DNA of 64,000 bases from Octopus sinensis. Lineage: Eukaryota. The first letter of the stretch is position 1; each line of letters begins with the position of its first letter. The notes under the pieces were generated by a model, which was given only the letters and a program-made list of their open reading frames with translations, was not told where the DNA came from and did not search any database. Where the stretch lies: the NCBI RefSeq assembly GCF_006345805.1, contig NC_043024.1:3658001-3722000 (forward strand), read 5' to 3'. Shown here in pieces: positions 41,956 to 55,326 of the stretch. The translations under genes and the position numbers were made by a program.

Positions 41956-43419
41956 ATTAATCAGTTTTATTTCACGATTTCTTACCAATAGAGACAGGGT
42001 CAGTTTCTAACCTAGATTCAAGTGTCTTTCATTGGAATTTCAATAACATCAACTGGGTGTGTTTGTATGTATGTATATGCATAGATTTGTATGTTTTGTT
42101 TTATGTATGTCTTCTCATGCATATAATTGCATATCTAGACATGCTCATATATACTTAAATGATAAACTTCTGGAACGTTTTACAGATTTTTATAGTTCCA
42201 TTGATGGCTTCGATCTGTAGTCTTTGAATCAGCTTTCTTTTTTCTGGTTTTGGGAAACCTAATTTCTCAGGATTGATAGTTAGGTAGTTATCCCAGTGCC
42301 CAAATAATTACAGGTATAAACCTGAACTTGTAGTCTGGACAGAGTAACTTTATGCATATATGTATGTATGTATGTATGTGCATGTGTGTGTGTGTCCCTT
42401 CACCGCTTGGCTACTGGTGTTGGTTTGTTTACATGCCCATGACTTATCCATTCAGCAAAAGAGATCGATAGAATAATTACTAGAGTTTCAAAAAAAAAAG
42501 TGTTGGAGTCGAATTGTTTGACTAAAAAAACAAAACAAAACAAAAACAACTTCAAAGTAATGCCCCAGCATGATCACAGTCCAATGTCTGAAACAAGTAA
42601 AAGACACACACACACACACATGCACGCACGCACGCACGCGCGCGCGCGCACACACACACACACACACAACACACACACACACACACCAATTTGAGACAAG
42701 ACAATCAGACCCCCTGGCTATATCTGGGCAGCCAATCCTCCAGACATCCAATTAATTACTTCACTCTATTTTTTTTTTGTATTTTTGGTTTTTTTTCTGT
42801 TATTTACTGAGATCAACTTCTGCCTAAGTCAGGCTTTGCCTTTTATCTTTCAGGGATTGGTAAAATAAATCATCAGTCACGTATCTGGTTCGATTTCATG
42901 ATTAACTACTCCATCATCATTTGTCACTCAAATTTGTGGTCTTGTTTCTATATAAGAAAATATTTATTTGTTGTTTTTTTACTGTGCTATTTTTTATTTC
43001 TTACAAGATACTTAGATACATGCAAATATTTGTACATGCATATATACATAGATATATTTACACATACATATATACAAATAAAAAATACATACATTCATAG
43101 ATATATACATACAAATGTACATATATACATACATACATACATATATATATATGTATGTGTGTGTATGTGTGTATATATATATACACATATATATAGGAAG
43201 AATTCACAAAAAAACAACAAAAGACAATGACAGGTGGTGTAGACAACAAACAGATGTATTAGTTTAACGCTCAGGAAGTAAAAATTTCTTTAACGTTTTG
43301 AGCTTAAGCTCTTCCACAGAAAGGAACACAGAAAGAAACAAGGAGAGAAAATAAAGAATATGTAGTGGCTAGCGATCTATCATGGCAAAACAATATATAT
43401 ATATATATATATGCATACA

Positions 43420-43910
43420 CTGTTCTATATTTTAAAGATGAGGAATTCCGTACATTATTTATATTGGATAGATGTGTCCCCATCTTGTTTGTTATTATCA
43501 CAACATATTGGCTGATTTACTCTCCAGCTTTCATCAGGTGTCCTGGTAGAATTTTGAACCCAACCCTGGGTTCTCATTCCTAAGTTATTTTTTGCTGATG
43601 GTACTTTTATTATTATTATTATTTATTCAAGGTACTTGGAATCTTGGGGTTAGTAACCCGCACTCTTAACCAATATGCCTGTGGGCAATTATAGAGTGAA
43701 TTTTAAGGCTTATAAACCTAATATTTTTGTATCCTTCATTAATACTGGTTTCCATATTCTACTCATATCTGCACTAGGTCTGCTTAGGAGGTTATAGTGC
43801 CTCTTTTAGTTTTCGTATTTTCCAGTGGTGTTCTCTGTCTATTATTTTAACTTCATCCCACAGGGAAAGGTGGTCTTGGTTTTTCCATACATGATTAGCT
43901 ATACTCGATT
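43420..43910 (-). mobile_element. Penelope-like element 3' end: GIY-YIG C-terminus followed by pLTR with degenerate hammerhead
   Basis: Minus-strand NHVWKNQDHLSLWDEVKIIDREHHWKIRKLKEA is typical of the PLE endonuclease C-terminus; the adjoining sequence is homologous to 7782-8075. Confidence 0.7.
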
Positions 43911-44005
43911 TTGTATATATATATATATATATATAAGTTGATTATAAGTGGATAAATCAGTGTATTGGCTTTAGAATAACCTTCTTTAGCCCTTAATTAT
44001 AATAT

Positions 44006-44043
<38 letters not shown>

Positions 44044-44097
44044 GTATGTGTGTGTGTGTGTGTGTATACTTATTGATTTAAATTAATATTTTTTCAG

Positions 44098-44384
44098 GTG
44101 AAATAATCAAATTGATTATTGAAGAGTATGTCAGCCATCTGGCACATTATGGCTTAAATATTCGCTTTGATCCAGAACTGCTCTTTAATCAACGTTATCA
44201 ATACCAGAACCGAATTGCCATCGAATTCAATCACCTATACCACTGGCATCCATTCATACCTGACACTTTCAACATCAATGGAACAATGTACACAAACAGG
44301 GAGTTTTATTACCATCCTGAGATTGTTGTGAAACATGGAATGAAGGCGTTTGTTGATTCCTTATCACGACAAACAGCTGGTCAA
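44098..44384 (+). CDS. PTGS: Cyclooxygenase exon 8 (catalytic; EFNHLYHWHP with Tyr385 at 44238-44240 and proximal His388 at 44247-44249)
   Basis: tttcag acceptor and gtaagt donor, 287 nt; FDPELLF, QYQNRIA.EFN.LYHWHP motifs. Confidence 0.97.
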
Positions 44385-45332
44385 GTAAGTAAATGAACAT
44401 CCATACTTATACAGGCAATCTTCCCAAGAAATTATATGAGAAGTGAAAGTGTTTTCCGTATAAAATTCTATTTCTTCAATTTTTTTTCAGTTGAATTGCT
44501 TATGTTTGTGTATTTTTTGTGTATGTATTATGCATTTATGTGTGTATGTATGTATATTTGTGTGGAGGTGCACTGGCTCAGTACTTAGGGCAGCAGACTC
44601 ACGGTCGTAGGATTGCAGTTTCGATTCCCAGACCGGGCGTTGTGAGTATTTATTGAGCGAAAACACCTAAAGCTCCACGAGACTCTGGCAGGGGGGGGGG
44701 GCAAACCCTGCTGTACTCTTTCACCACAACTTTCTTTCACTCATTCTTCCCGTTTCTGTTGTATCTGTATTTCAAATAGGCCAGTCTTATTTCTTTATTG
44801 CCCACAAGGGGCTAAACATAGAGGGGACAAATAAGGATAGACAAAGGGATTAAGGTGATTACATCAACCCCAGTGTATAACTGGTACTTAATTTATCGAC
44901 CCTGAAAGGATGAAAGGCAAAGTCGACCTTGGTGGAATTTGAACTCAGAACGTAATGGCAGACGAAATACCACTAAGCATTTCGCCCAGTGCGCTACTGA
45001 TTCTGCCAGTTCGCCGCCTTGTGTGACATGTTGAATCTCCTCAAGAACTACGTTAAGGTTACAAATGTCTGTGGAGTGCTCAGCCACTATGCACATTAAT
45101 TTCACAAGCAGGCTGTTCCATTGATCGGATCAACTGGAACCCTCTTCGTTGTAACTAGCAGAGTGTCATGATGTATATTTGTGTAAGTATATGTATATAT
45201 GTGTATTTGTCTATGTATGTGTTCACATAAATATGCATGTGTATATGCATAGATTAGATTGTTTGGAAAATGATGGCCGATTTTAGAAATATGCCAATAT
45301 TCTTGAAAAACTGAACTTATACAAAGGTTTAA

Positions 45333-45740
45333 TAGGCGTAGGAGTATCTGTGTGGTAAGTAGCTTGCTTACGAACCACATGGTTCCAGGTTCAGTTCTAC
45401 CTTTGGCAAGTGTCTTCTGCCATAGCCTTGGGCCAACCAAAGCCTTGTGAGTGGATTTGGTAGACGGAAACTGAAAGAAGCCTCTTGTATATATGTATAT
45501 GTATATGTATGTGTGTGTATATGTTTGTGTGTCTGTGTTTATTCCCCCAACATCGCTTGACAACCGATGCTGGTGTGTTTACGTCCCCATAACCTAGCGG
45601 TTCGGCAGAAGAGACTGATAGAATAAGTACTAGGCTTACAAAAAATAAGTCTCAGGGTCAATTTGCTCGACTAAAGGTGGGCTCCAGCATGGCCGCAGTT
45701 AAATGACTAAAACAAGTAAAAGAGTAAAAGAGTAAAAAGA
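45333..45740 (+). mobile_element. tRNA-derived SINE family A (CORE-like cttgggcaagt, internal microsatellite, gagtaaaa tail), representative copy
   Basis: A/B-box-like head. Copies at ~7020-7382(-), 13315-13620(+), 29925-30365(-), 31780-32182(-), 35165-35530(-), 50941-51382(-), 51750-52128(-), 54395-54560(+), 56700-57085(+), 63285-63600(-). Confidence 0.8.
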
Positions 45741-45749
45741 CTAAAGAGT

Positions 45750-46760
45750 ATCTCCCGTTGATTAACGAGGTCATTTATGCTTCTTTGATAAAAACCCATG
45801 AGTCTTGATGCCAAGAAATCCTTGAATTCAGTTTTAACCTTCATTATGAAACAAAAGGGTTTTTTTTGCATTAAAGAAGTGTCTAGATACTTCAAAAAGT
45901 TCTAGTTGGTGGGTGAAAGATCAGGAGAATATGGAAGATGAGGTAAAGTGTCATATCCCAAGTCTGTGAGCTTCTGCAGTGTCATCTTGGAAACATGTGG
46001 TTGAGTGTTGTCGTGGAGTAGAATTGGACCACATTGAATAACAAGTGCAGATCTCATTCTGCTCAAGTGCCGGTGGCATGTAAAAAGCACCATTCGAGTG
46101 TGATCATTACCTGCGTCACCTTATTGGCACTTGTGCTTGTGGCACGTGAAAAAACATTTGAGTGAGGTTGTTGCCAGTGCCGATGGACTGGCTCCTGTGC
46201 AGGTGGCACATAAAAAGCACCATTTGAGCGTGGCTGTTGCCAGTACCGCCTGACTGGCCCTTGTGCTGGTGGCACGTAAAAGCACCCACTACACTTTCAG
46301 AGTGGCTGGCGTTAGGAAGGGCATCAAGCTGTAGAAACTCAGTCAGATCAGATTGGAGTCTGGTGCAGCCATCTGGTTCGCCAGACCTCAGTCAAATCGT
46401 CCAGCCCATGCTAGCATGGAAAGCAGACGTTAAATGATGATGATGATGATGATGAACATGTATTTCTTCCAGTTGCTTACAGATACCAAGCATATGAGAC
46501 ATTTCTCTGACACTTTGTTGTGGGTTTTGTTTGATTATTGTTTTCAAATGCTGATCATTAAGGATAGATGGACATGTACCATCTTGATCTTCAAGGCTCT
46601 CATCCCCACTATTGAATCTCTCAAACCATTGTCATTCCATCTGATCACTAGTGGACCCTTCACCCCATGCTCTGTTGATATTGGCAGCTGTTTCAGAAGT
46701 ATTATGTCCAAGCTTCAATTCATGCAAAAAAAGTAAACTCATTTCTTCTTTTTTCATGTT
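45750..46760 (-). mobile_element. Internally deleted mariner transposase remnant split by an RTE 3' UTR insertion (46063-46455)
   Basis: N-terminus LFLHELKLGHNTSETAANINRAWGEG...WFERFNSGDESLED; C-terminus GPILLHDNTQPH...LPHLPYSPDLSPT. Confidence 0.82.
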
Positions 46761-47966
46761 TGAAATTAAGGATTTCTATGCTTCAAAATTATATTGTGAA
46801 AGAAATCAATAAAAATTCACTAAAGAGTACATATTAATTATTATTTTTTATTTATTATTTATGCGCCCTTTTCAAGCCTAGCCAGGCTCATGGGCCTGGT
46901 TTCCTGGTTTCTGTGGCGTATGTGTTTCCCCCAGCTGGACGGGAAGCCAGTCCATCGCAGTGTTACTCAAGAAACAGGAAAAGAGAGTGAGAGAAAGTTG
47001 TGGCAAAAGAGTACAACAGGGGTCACCACCACCCCCTGCTGGAGCCTCATGGAGCTTTTAGGTGTTTTCGCTCAATAAACACACACAATGCCTGGTCTGG
47101 GAATTGAAACCACGATCCTCCGGCCACGAGTCCACTGCCTTAACCACTGGGTCATTGTACCCCCACATATTAATTATTAAGCATGCAAAATTTCACCTAA
47201 AAGGCTACAAAGATAACATCTTAAATTGAATTTTAAAATTTTTTCAGAAAACCATGCAGTATTTTCCAAACGACCTAATACAGGCATATAAACACATACA
47301 TATATTTGCATACACAAATAGATATCTTTACACAAACATAAATGCATACATACAAACACAAAAATGTGTAAGTGATTAGAGAAATAAAAGATTTTTATGG
47401 AAATTGCCAAACAAAAGCTTTCACTTTTCATATACTTTCTCCGAAAAATTGCCTTTATATATACTATAAGGAGGTGCTGAAAAGTTTCTGACTTTGGAAA
47501 AAGAAAATACAGGAAGATCTGTTAATTATGATTTTATTCAACATATTCCTCTCTCAGATACACTTATTGCCATGCTCCTTCAGTTTTTCTAAGCTCTTTA
47601 AAAAGAACTCAAACCAGGCCTGTGTTGCAGCGATCACTGGATATTCAGCTTGTATTGCTGGTAGTTCTTTTTGGTGCTGGAAGCTGGCACACAGACACGT
47701 GGATACACACACACACACACAACATGCTTTTACACATAGAAATATACGCATACAGTTAGAAAGAGAGAACGAGAGAGAGAGAAAATGAGAGAAACATTAC
47801 AATTTATTAATTGAACACAGTTGAATAAACACTTGCTCCTCATATGTATAAAAAGAAATATGCTTACACACATAAACAGAGAGAGAGAGAGGGGAGAGAT
47901 AAAGAGAGAGAGGGAGAGAGAGATAGACACAGCTAGCTATATATATATATATACATATATATAATT

Positions 47967-48465
47967 TAGAGGACTGACCACTAAAAGTGGACAGTCTATA
48001 TGCCAGATATAGACGTCAAATCACCATTTTCCACGAAGAATGTGTTCTCAAGAAAAAACTCATCAAAAAACCAAAGTTTAAAAATTAGCAAGACAAATGA
48101 AAATATATGAAATAAAAAAACGATTACCTATACACTAATTAGTTTCACTTGTTAATTGATTAATATCAATTTCTACCCTTATTTAATTTTAAATAAAGAA
48201 TGTTCTCTAACCGGTAAATTGACTGCTGTAGTTCATTAACTGCAGAGTAATTTCCGATTTTTTGCTGAGTTTTTTCTTGAGAACACATTCTTTGTGGAAA
48301 ATGGCGATTTGACCTCTATATCTAGCATATAGGCTGTCCACTTTTAGTGGTTATTCCTCATGATTTGGTATGTAAAACAATTTTTAATCTTTGGATTTTT
48401 TAAATATGCTAAGCCACTAGTTTTAATTGATTAATATCAATTTCTACCTTTATTATTTAATTTTA
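47967..48465. repeat. Inverted repeat (~130-bp arms at 47967-48070 and 48258-48360) plus direct repeat (48150/48420)
   Basis: Visible reverse complementarity; same layout as the 62-kb element. Confidence 0.72.
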
Positions 48466-49049
48466 TATATGTGTGTATATATATATATAGAGAGAGAGAG
48501 AGAGGGGGGAGAGAAAAACATTGAAGTGTCTGATGTCAAATAAGTCATCATCGAATCAGTGACACCAAAATGGCTGTGCCATAATGTCTTATACGCATAA
48601 AATGTACCTTTTCCATAAATGATTGTAACACACATCAATCCAGGTGTCCTTATAAAAACTGACTCCAAATTAGAAAATTGTTCAAATATAATTTTATTCA
48701 TGATATTTTCTGTATTTCACATGAAACAGAATTTCTGCGTGATTACGAAATAATAACTCATTATTAGTAATATCAGGTCTCCAATAAACAATTAAAGTTC
48801 CTATGTAAAGTCTGTGTGTAAATGAATGTAAAACATGCTGGTTAAAGTGCAAAGACCAGCAAAGAAATGTAGTCAATAAAACGTGATGTTATGCACAGCA
48901 AGCAAAAATGTGTTTGCAGATAGGAAAATAGATAAAATAGTTTACAAACAGTAACTTAACTGAATGTGATGACATTTGGCAAAAGAATTATTTAAGAGTT
49001 TAGTATGGAATGTTTAAATTAATAAAACAGATTTCATTATTATGTGCAA

Positions 49050-50125
49050 GGAAAGGTAGCAAGCTGGGAGAATCGTTAGTACGTTGGGCAAAATGTTTAG
49101 CGGTATTTCACCCTTCTTTACACTTTGAGTTCAAATTCTGCAAAGGTTGACTTTGCTTTTCATCCTTTCCAGATCAATAAAATAAGTATCAGTGAAACAC
49201 TGGAGTGGGGGGATGTAATTGACTTGTTCCTCCTCTTGAAATTACTGCCCTTGTGGTGGTGAGCTGGCAGAACCATTAACGCGCCTAGCTGGCAGACACG
49301 TTAGCATGCCGGGCGAAATGCTTAGCAGTATTTCATCTGCTGTTACGTTCTGAGTTCAAATTCCGCCGAGGTCGACTTTGCCTTTCATCCTTTCGGGGTC
49401 AATAAATTAAGTACTAGTTACACACTGGGCTTGATGTAATCAACTTAATCCCTTTTTGTGTCCTTGTTTGTCCCCTCTATGTTTAGTCCCTTGTGGACAA
49501 TAAAGAAATATGAACCATTAATGCACCAGGCAAAATGCTTAGTGGTATTCCACCTGTCTTTATGTTCTGAGTTCAAATTCTGCTGAGGTTGACTTTGCCT
49601 TTCAATCTTTTGGGGTTGATGAATTAAGTACCAGTCAAGTACTGGAGTTGATGTAATCGACTTACCCCCTCCCCACAAATTTCAGACCTGTGCCTATTGT
49701 AGAGAGGATTATTATGAGCAAGGAAAGGCCGAGAGCTGGCAAGGTAAAATGGTTAGTGGCAGGTCGTCTGTCTTTACATTCTGAGTTCAAATTCTGCCGA
49801 GGTCGACTTTGTTTTTGATTGTTTTAGGGTCAATAAATTAAATACCAGTCAAACACTGGGATCCCCCAAATTTCAGAAAGGATTATATTTCACTGCTTTT
49901 AAAGGAAAGTTGGTAAGCTGGTAGAATTGTTAGCACACCTAGCAAAATAATTAGCAGTATTTTGTCTGTCTTTACGTTCTGAGTTCAAATTTGGCTCCAG
50001 TCGACTTTGCCTTTCAGCTTTTGGGGGTCAGTGGAATGAGAACCAGTTAAGCTCTAGGGTTGATGTAATTGATTGTCATCCTTCTCCAAAATTTCAGGTC
50101 TTGTGCCTTTAACAAAAAGGATCAT
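49050..50125 (+). mobile_element. Cluster of ~5-6 tandem/nested copies of tRNA-derived SINE family B (gagttcaaattccgccgaggtcgactttgcctttcatcc core)
   Basis: Repeated core. Other copies at ~2480-2762(-), 3440-3620(-), 9730-10080(+), 22870-23390(+), 29120-29585(+), 32590-32800(+), 41000-41212(-), 44790-45020(-). Confidence 0.8.
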
Positions 50126-50574
50126 TATAAACTAAGAAAAAAAGGAAAATTCTTTGGAAAATAATCTTTTTAATAAAGTATGTGGAAGTTCATTAGGTTA
50201 AGTTTTATTTGTGAAATACAGTTGCTTTGAATTTGCTTTAGAAGGAGGTCTATGTTTGTGATGGTTAGTTGGGATGGGGATACTAGGAATGTAGCCTGGG
50301 TGTCAAGGGGGCGGCAGCCCAAAAATGTTTGGGAACCACTGACGTAGAGTATTCTATCACTGATAAGAGTATAATAAGCTTGATATCCTTCTATATGTTG
50401 GATAAATAGATAGAAGCTGGGATAGACACAACGGTCTTCAGACGATGTACTTCAAATTACTCCAATAAATACAAACTCTCAAAGACTTGTCGTGACCTCC
50501 ACAAACTCTCAACGACTCCTATGACCTCTCTCAGTCTCAAACCAATTTGTTACTTTTAATAAAGTCTGTGGAAG

Positions 50575-51172
50575 TATGAATTAGCTCTTTCCATTCCCAC
50601 CAAATGCAAATCATTGTCTTGTGTCAAGGTAGTTCTGGCTTGGCTCGAGGTGTTTGCTGTTTGTTGAAAATTGTCATTCTTTCTCCTCTCCTGCTTTATA
50701 TTGAGGTAAAGACATTGTTTATCATCACAAGCGACAATGCAGTAAAGAAATCCATTTGACTCCACAAGTGGTGTCAAGTGAAAAAACTGGCAGCGATAGA
50801 GGAGCGCTGGAGTTTGTCTTTTTCATTCAGTGCATATGGCACTCATGCACCAAATCTTTGGACTTTGCACATTGAGTGAAGGTGACAGGCAACTGTTTCA
50901 TGAGAGCATCCCATCTGCAAGCTAATTCCTTAGTGAACTGCTCTTTTACTCTTTTACTTGTTTCAGGCATTTGACTGTGGTCATGCTGGAGCACTGCTTT
51001 TTAGTCAAGCAAATCGACCCTAGAACTTATTCTTTGGAAGCCTAGTACTTATTCCATCGGTCTCTTTTGCTGAACCGCTAAGTTATGGGGATGTAAACAT
51101 ACCAGCATTGGTTGTCAAGTGATGTTGGGGGCACAAACATACACAGAAGCCTATACACACACATACATACAC

Positions 51173-51213
<41 letters not shown>

Positions 51214-51590
51214 TATATACGATAGGCTTCTTTCAGTTTCCGTCTACCAAGTCCATTCACAAGGCTTTGGTCGGCCTGAGGCTATAGTAGAAGACACTTA
51301 CCCAAAGTGCCATGCTGTGGGACTGAACCCAGAACCATGTGGTTGGGAAACAAGCTACTTACCACACAGCCACTCCTATGCCTAGGATTCTTTTGGATGA
51401 GCTCATTCAGTAGACCCTCATTGAATTGACCTTGGCCAAAACTTCGAGAGTCTTACTTAAAGCATGGAAACTGTCTGCGCAGTTCTTATATTAATAGCAA
51501 CTTCTTCATACATAGCCAAATGTCTCAAATGGTCTCAGCAACTTTGGAATCTTGATTGAAAGGAAAATTTACGTGGCAGTCCATTGTCAA
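50575..51590 (-). mobile_element. Degraded mariner transposase remnant split by a SINE (50941-51382)
   Basis: HLHSMCKVQRFGA*VPYALNEKDKLQR (WVPHEL-like) and FLYCIVACDDKQCLYLNIK (IVTGDEKW-like). Confidence 0.65.
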
Positions 51591-52633
51591 AAACAATAGA
51601 CAAAACTTACCGAGGACGAATAGAGCTACAGGAAGAACATGAAAGATTGTGCTAAAAAGTATTTTTCATGTTAATTCAAATAACATTGGAAAGAGACAAA
51701 TGAATTTATGTGACACCCTAGTAAAATCAGATGTTTATTCTTTTATTCATTTAATTGCTTCAGTCATCTGACTCTGGCCAAGCTGGAGCACCATCTTGAA
51801 GGGTTTTAGTCAAGCAAATCATCCCAGGACTTCATTTTTTAGCCTAGTACTTATTCCGTTGTTCTCCTTTGCCAAACCGCTAAATTATGGGGTTGTAAAC
51901 ACACCAGCATCAGTTGTCAAGTGGTGATGGGTGGTGGTGGTGGGGGGGGGGCAAGCACACTTACATACACCCACCCACACACAAAACAGGTTTCTTTTTC
52001 TACCATATCCACTCAAGGCTTTGGTTGGCCTGAGGCTATAGTAGAAGACACTTACCTAAGGTGCCACACAGTGGGACTGAACCAGGAACCATGTGGTTGG
52101 GAAGCAAGCTTCTTACCACACAGCCATTCCGTTTTCTATTTTTTAGTGGTTAGGGCATTCAGCTCATGGTCTTACAATTGTGAGTTCAATTCCCGGCGAC
52201 CGATGTGTTGTGTCCTTGAGCAAGACACTTTATTTCACATTGCTCCAGTCCACTCAGCTGGCAAAAATAAGTTGTACCTGTATTTCAAAGGGGCCAGCCC
52301 TGTCACACTCTGTGTCAAGCTGAGTCTTCCTGAGAACTACGTTAAGGGTACATGTGTTTGTGGAGCGTTCGGGCCCCTTGCACATTAATTTAATGAGCAA
52401 GCTGTCCCATTGACCGTATCAGCTAGGACCCTCGTCATCGTAACTGAAAGAAAACATCTCTCAGTGTTCATTAGCCATATACCTCTTCTATTGATGCTGT
52501 ATCTCATGTAATCACGAGCAAAATACCTCCTCAGTATACCTGTATACCTTTTCCATACATCATGTACCTCTCCTATACACCATGTATGTACCTCTTCCAT
52601 TTAACATGTATCTCTTTATTTCATATTATCTAG

Positions 52634-52778
52634 ATGACAGCTTACAACCATGGAGTGGTCACACTGCACGTTGCCAAAGAAATCATTGAACATGGTCGAT
52701 TGCTTCGATTACAGTCATTTAATAATTATCGACGACGGTTCAATTTGAAACCTTACAAAAACTTCTTTGAATTGACAG
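52634..52778 (+). CDS. PTGS: Cyclooxygenase exon 9 (MTAYNHGVVTLHVAKEIIEHGRLLRLQSFNNYRRRFNLKPYKNFFELT)
   Basis: atctag acceptor and gttagt donor, 145 nt; matches QSFNEYRKRF.LKPY.SFEELTG. Confidence 0.94.
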
Positions 52779-54187
52779 GTTAGTAAAACATGATTTTCAT
52801 ATATTTTTATTTCATTTTGATTTGGTTAACAATTGGAGACATTGTGCCAAGGTGTTGTTAGATCACTTTGTTGCTGTTAATGTTACTGTTGTTGTTTTAT
52901 CCAAAGCCAATATTAGTCTCAGCAGACCTTAAGACCAGACATGTTCCAGCTTTGGTCATTGCATCATTATATGTATTCCTTTTGGATATAGTAGCTTTAT
53001 TATGTAGAGCAGTGATTCCCAAAGTGGGTGGTATTGCCCCCTGGGGATGATGGAAAGTTCCAAGGCGGCATTAAGGAAACTTGGGGTGATAATGGAGGAG
53101 CGATTCATGTAAAAATTGGTGGGATAATGGGGTGGCGATTCATAAAGTTTCTTTCGGTTTCCATCTACTAAATCCATTCACAAGGCATTGGTTGGCCTGA
53201 GGCTGTAGTAGAAGACATTTACCCAAGGTGCTATGCTGTGGAACTGAACCTGGAACCATGTGGTTGGGAAGCAAGCTTCTTATCATGCAGCCGCGTCTGC
53301 ACCTAATATTAACATTCTTAAAAAATAAATTAAATTATTTTCAGTGAAGAAATTGATAAAGAATCTTTCACATAAATATAATTTCCTACGTACTGAAATC
53401 CCTAAATTGTGCTCTGAGAATCCTAAAATTTCTTGTAAGTTAAGAAGGGCAACCTTATACAAAAATGCCGTATCAAGGGCCCCTTTTATGTGGTTGACTG
53501 ACTTGTTGTATCTATTGTTTGTAGAGGTGGTGGTGGTGGTGGTAATGGTAGTGGTTGCAGTGGTGGTAGTAGGGTAGTGTTGGTGGTGCAGTGGTGTTGG
53601 TGGTAACAGTGGTGGCTGTGGTAGTGGCAGTGTTGATGGCAGTGGTGGTAGTGGTGGTGATGGTAGTGGTGGCAGTGGTGGTTGTGGGGTAGCAGTGATA
53701 GTGGTAGTAGTGGTGGTAGTGTTGGCGGCAGTGGTAGCGGTGATAGCTGTGGTAGTGGTGGTGTTGATGATGGTGGTGGTAGTGGTAGTGGTGGTAGTAG
53801 TGGCAGTGGTGGTATCAGTATTGGTGGTAGTGGTGGTGGTGGTGGCAGTGGTGGTAGTAGTGGTGGTGGTAGTATTAATGGTAGTGATGGTGGTAGTGGT
53901 AGCTGTGACGGTGGTAGCAGTGGTGATGGCAGTGGTAGTAGTGGTGGTGGCAGTAGTAGCGGTGGCACTGGTGGAAACAATAAATCCCCCCCCACTACCA
54001 CCCCCACCCAACCAGTCTGTGTGTTATTTATTAATCGACCAGCCGCTATGACATATAGCAGACAATGAAATACCATTGAAATAATATTGCTGTTGTTTCT
54101 CTTTTTCCATGTTTCCCTGCTTTCTCATCGATGAAACTTCAATTATTAACAAACATCTCCATAAGCTGGATTTCTTAATACATACAT

Positions 54188-54222
<35 letters not shown>

Positions 54223-54913
54223 CTATGTATATTTGTGTATGTGTGTGTATGTATATTTGTATGTGTCTTCGTATGTATGTATATATGTATGTTTGTATGT
54301 GTATATATGTACCTATATATGTATTCATGCATGTATGTCTATATGCATGCATTTATATATATATATATATAGATAGATAGAAATGCATGCATATAGGCGC
54401 AGGCATGGCTGTGTGGTAAGTAGCTTGCTTCTCAACCGCATGGTTCTGGGTTCAGTCTCACCGTATGGCACTTTGGGCAAGTGTCTTCTAGTATAGTCTT
54501 AGGCTGACCAAAGCCTTGTGAGTGGATTTGGTAGATGGAAACTGAAAGAAGCCCGTCATGTATATATAACACAAAGTAAGTTAGGGATTATGGGTGCAAC
54601 CCACTAAGGGCTAGTATTTATCCAATATACTATTGGTAAAGTACCCAAATTCTTAATACATAAATATTACCATGTGGTTGGTAAGCAAGCTGCTTACCAC
54701 ACAGCTACTCCTATGCCTATAAAGTCAAGTATTTATTAAAGTAAAAATTAATACTGGAATTTTTCATCATCGTTTCTGTGAATTTCATGTTGTTGCTTTC
54801 CGATACTCTCTCACCGAAATGTCTAGTGTGAAACTCCAAATTTATATAGCTTAATAGATAAAGCATATTAGGTTTCTTCTTTGTTATGTTTCCTCTTTCT
54901 GTCAACCTGCAAG

Positions 54914-54965
<52 letters not shown>

Positions 54966-55155
54966 CAGAGGCTGTACTAAGAGAAGTGAGCACTAAGGAA
55001 AGTGATTTGTGTATGGTGTTGAAGTGTGTATATGTGAAGACACCAGGAAGTAAAAGAGATTTTGAGAGGAAAATAGAGATTATGATTAAGAGAAGAAGGA
55101 TATGAAATTTATATACAAATAATTAGATAGATAGATAGATAGATAGGTAGGTAGG

Positions 55156-55186
<31 letters not shown>

Positions 55187-55187
55187 G

Positions 55188-55242
<55 letters not shown>

Positions 55243-55295
55243 GTAGGTAGGTAGGTAGATAGATAGGTAGGTAGGTAGGTAGGTAGATAGATAGG

Positions 55296-55326
<31 letters not shown>

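Noticed and set aside
46063-46290. CRISPR-like or pistol-ribozyme-like look of the repeated 25-nt motif
   Set aside because: Eukaryotic LINE 3' UTR, spacers homologous to each other, no cas genes. The pistol P2 stem and cleavage junction cannot be drawn.
53283-54076. Long Thr-, Gly/Ser-, Val- and Pro-rich ORFs (mucin-like)
   Set aside because: Translations of a degenerate (GGT/AGT)n microsatellite that is open in several frames
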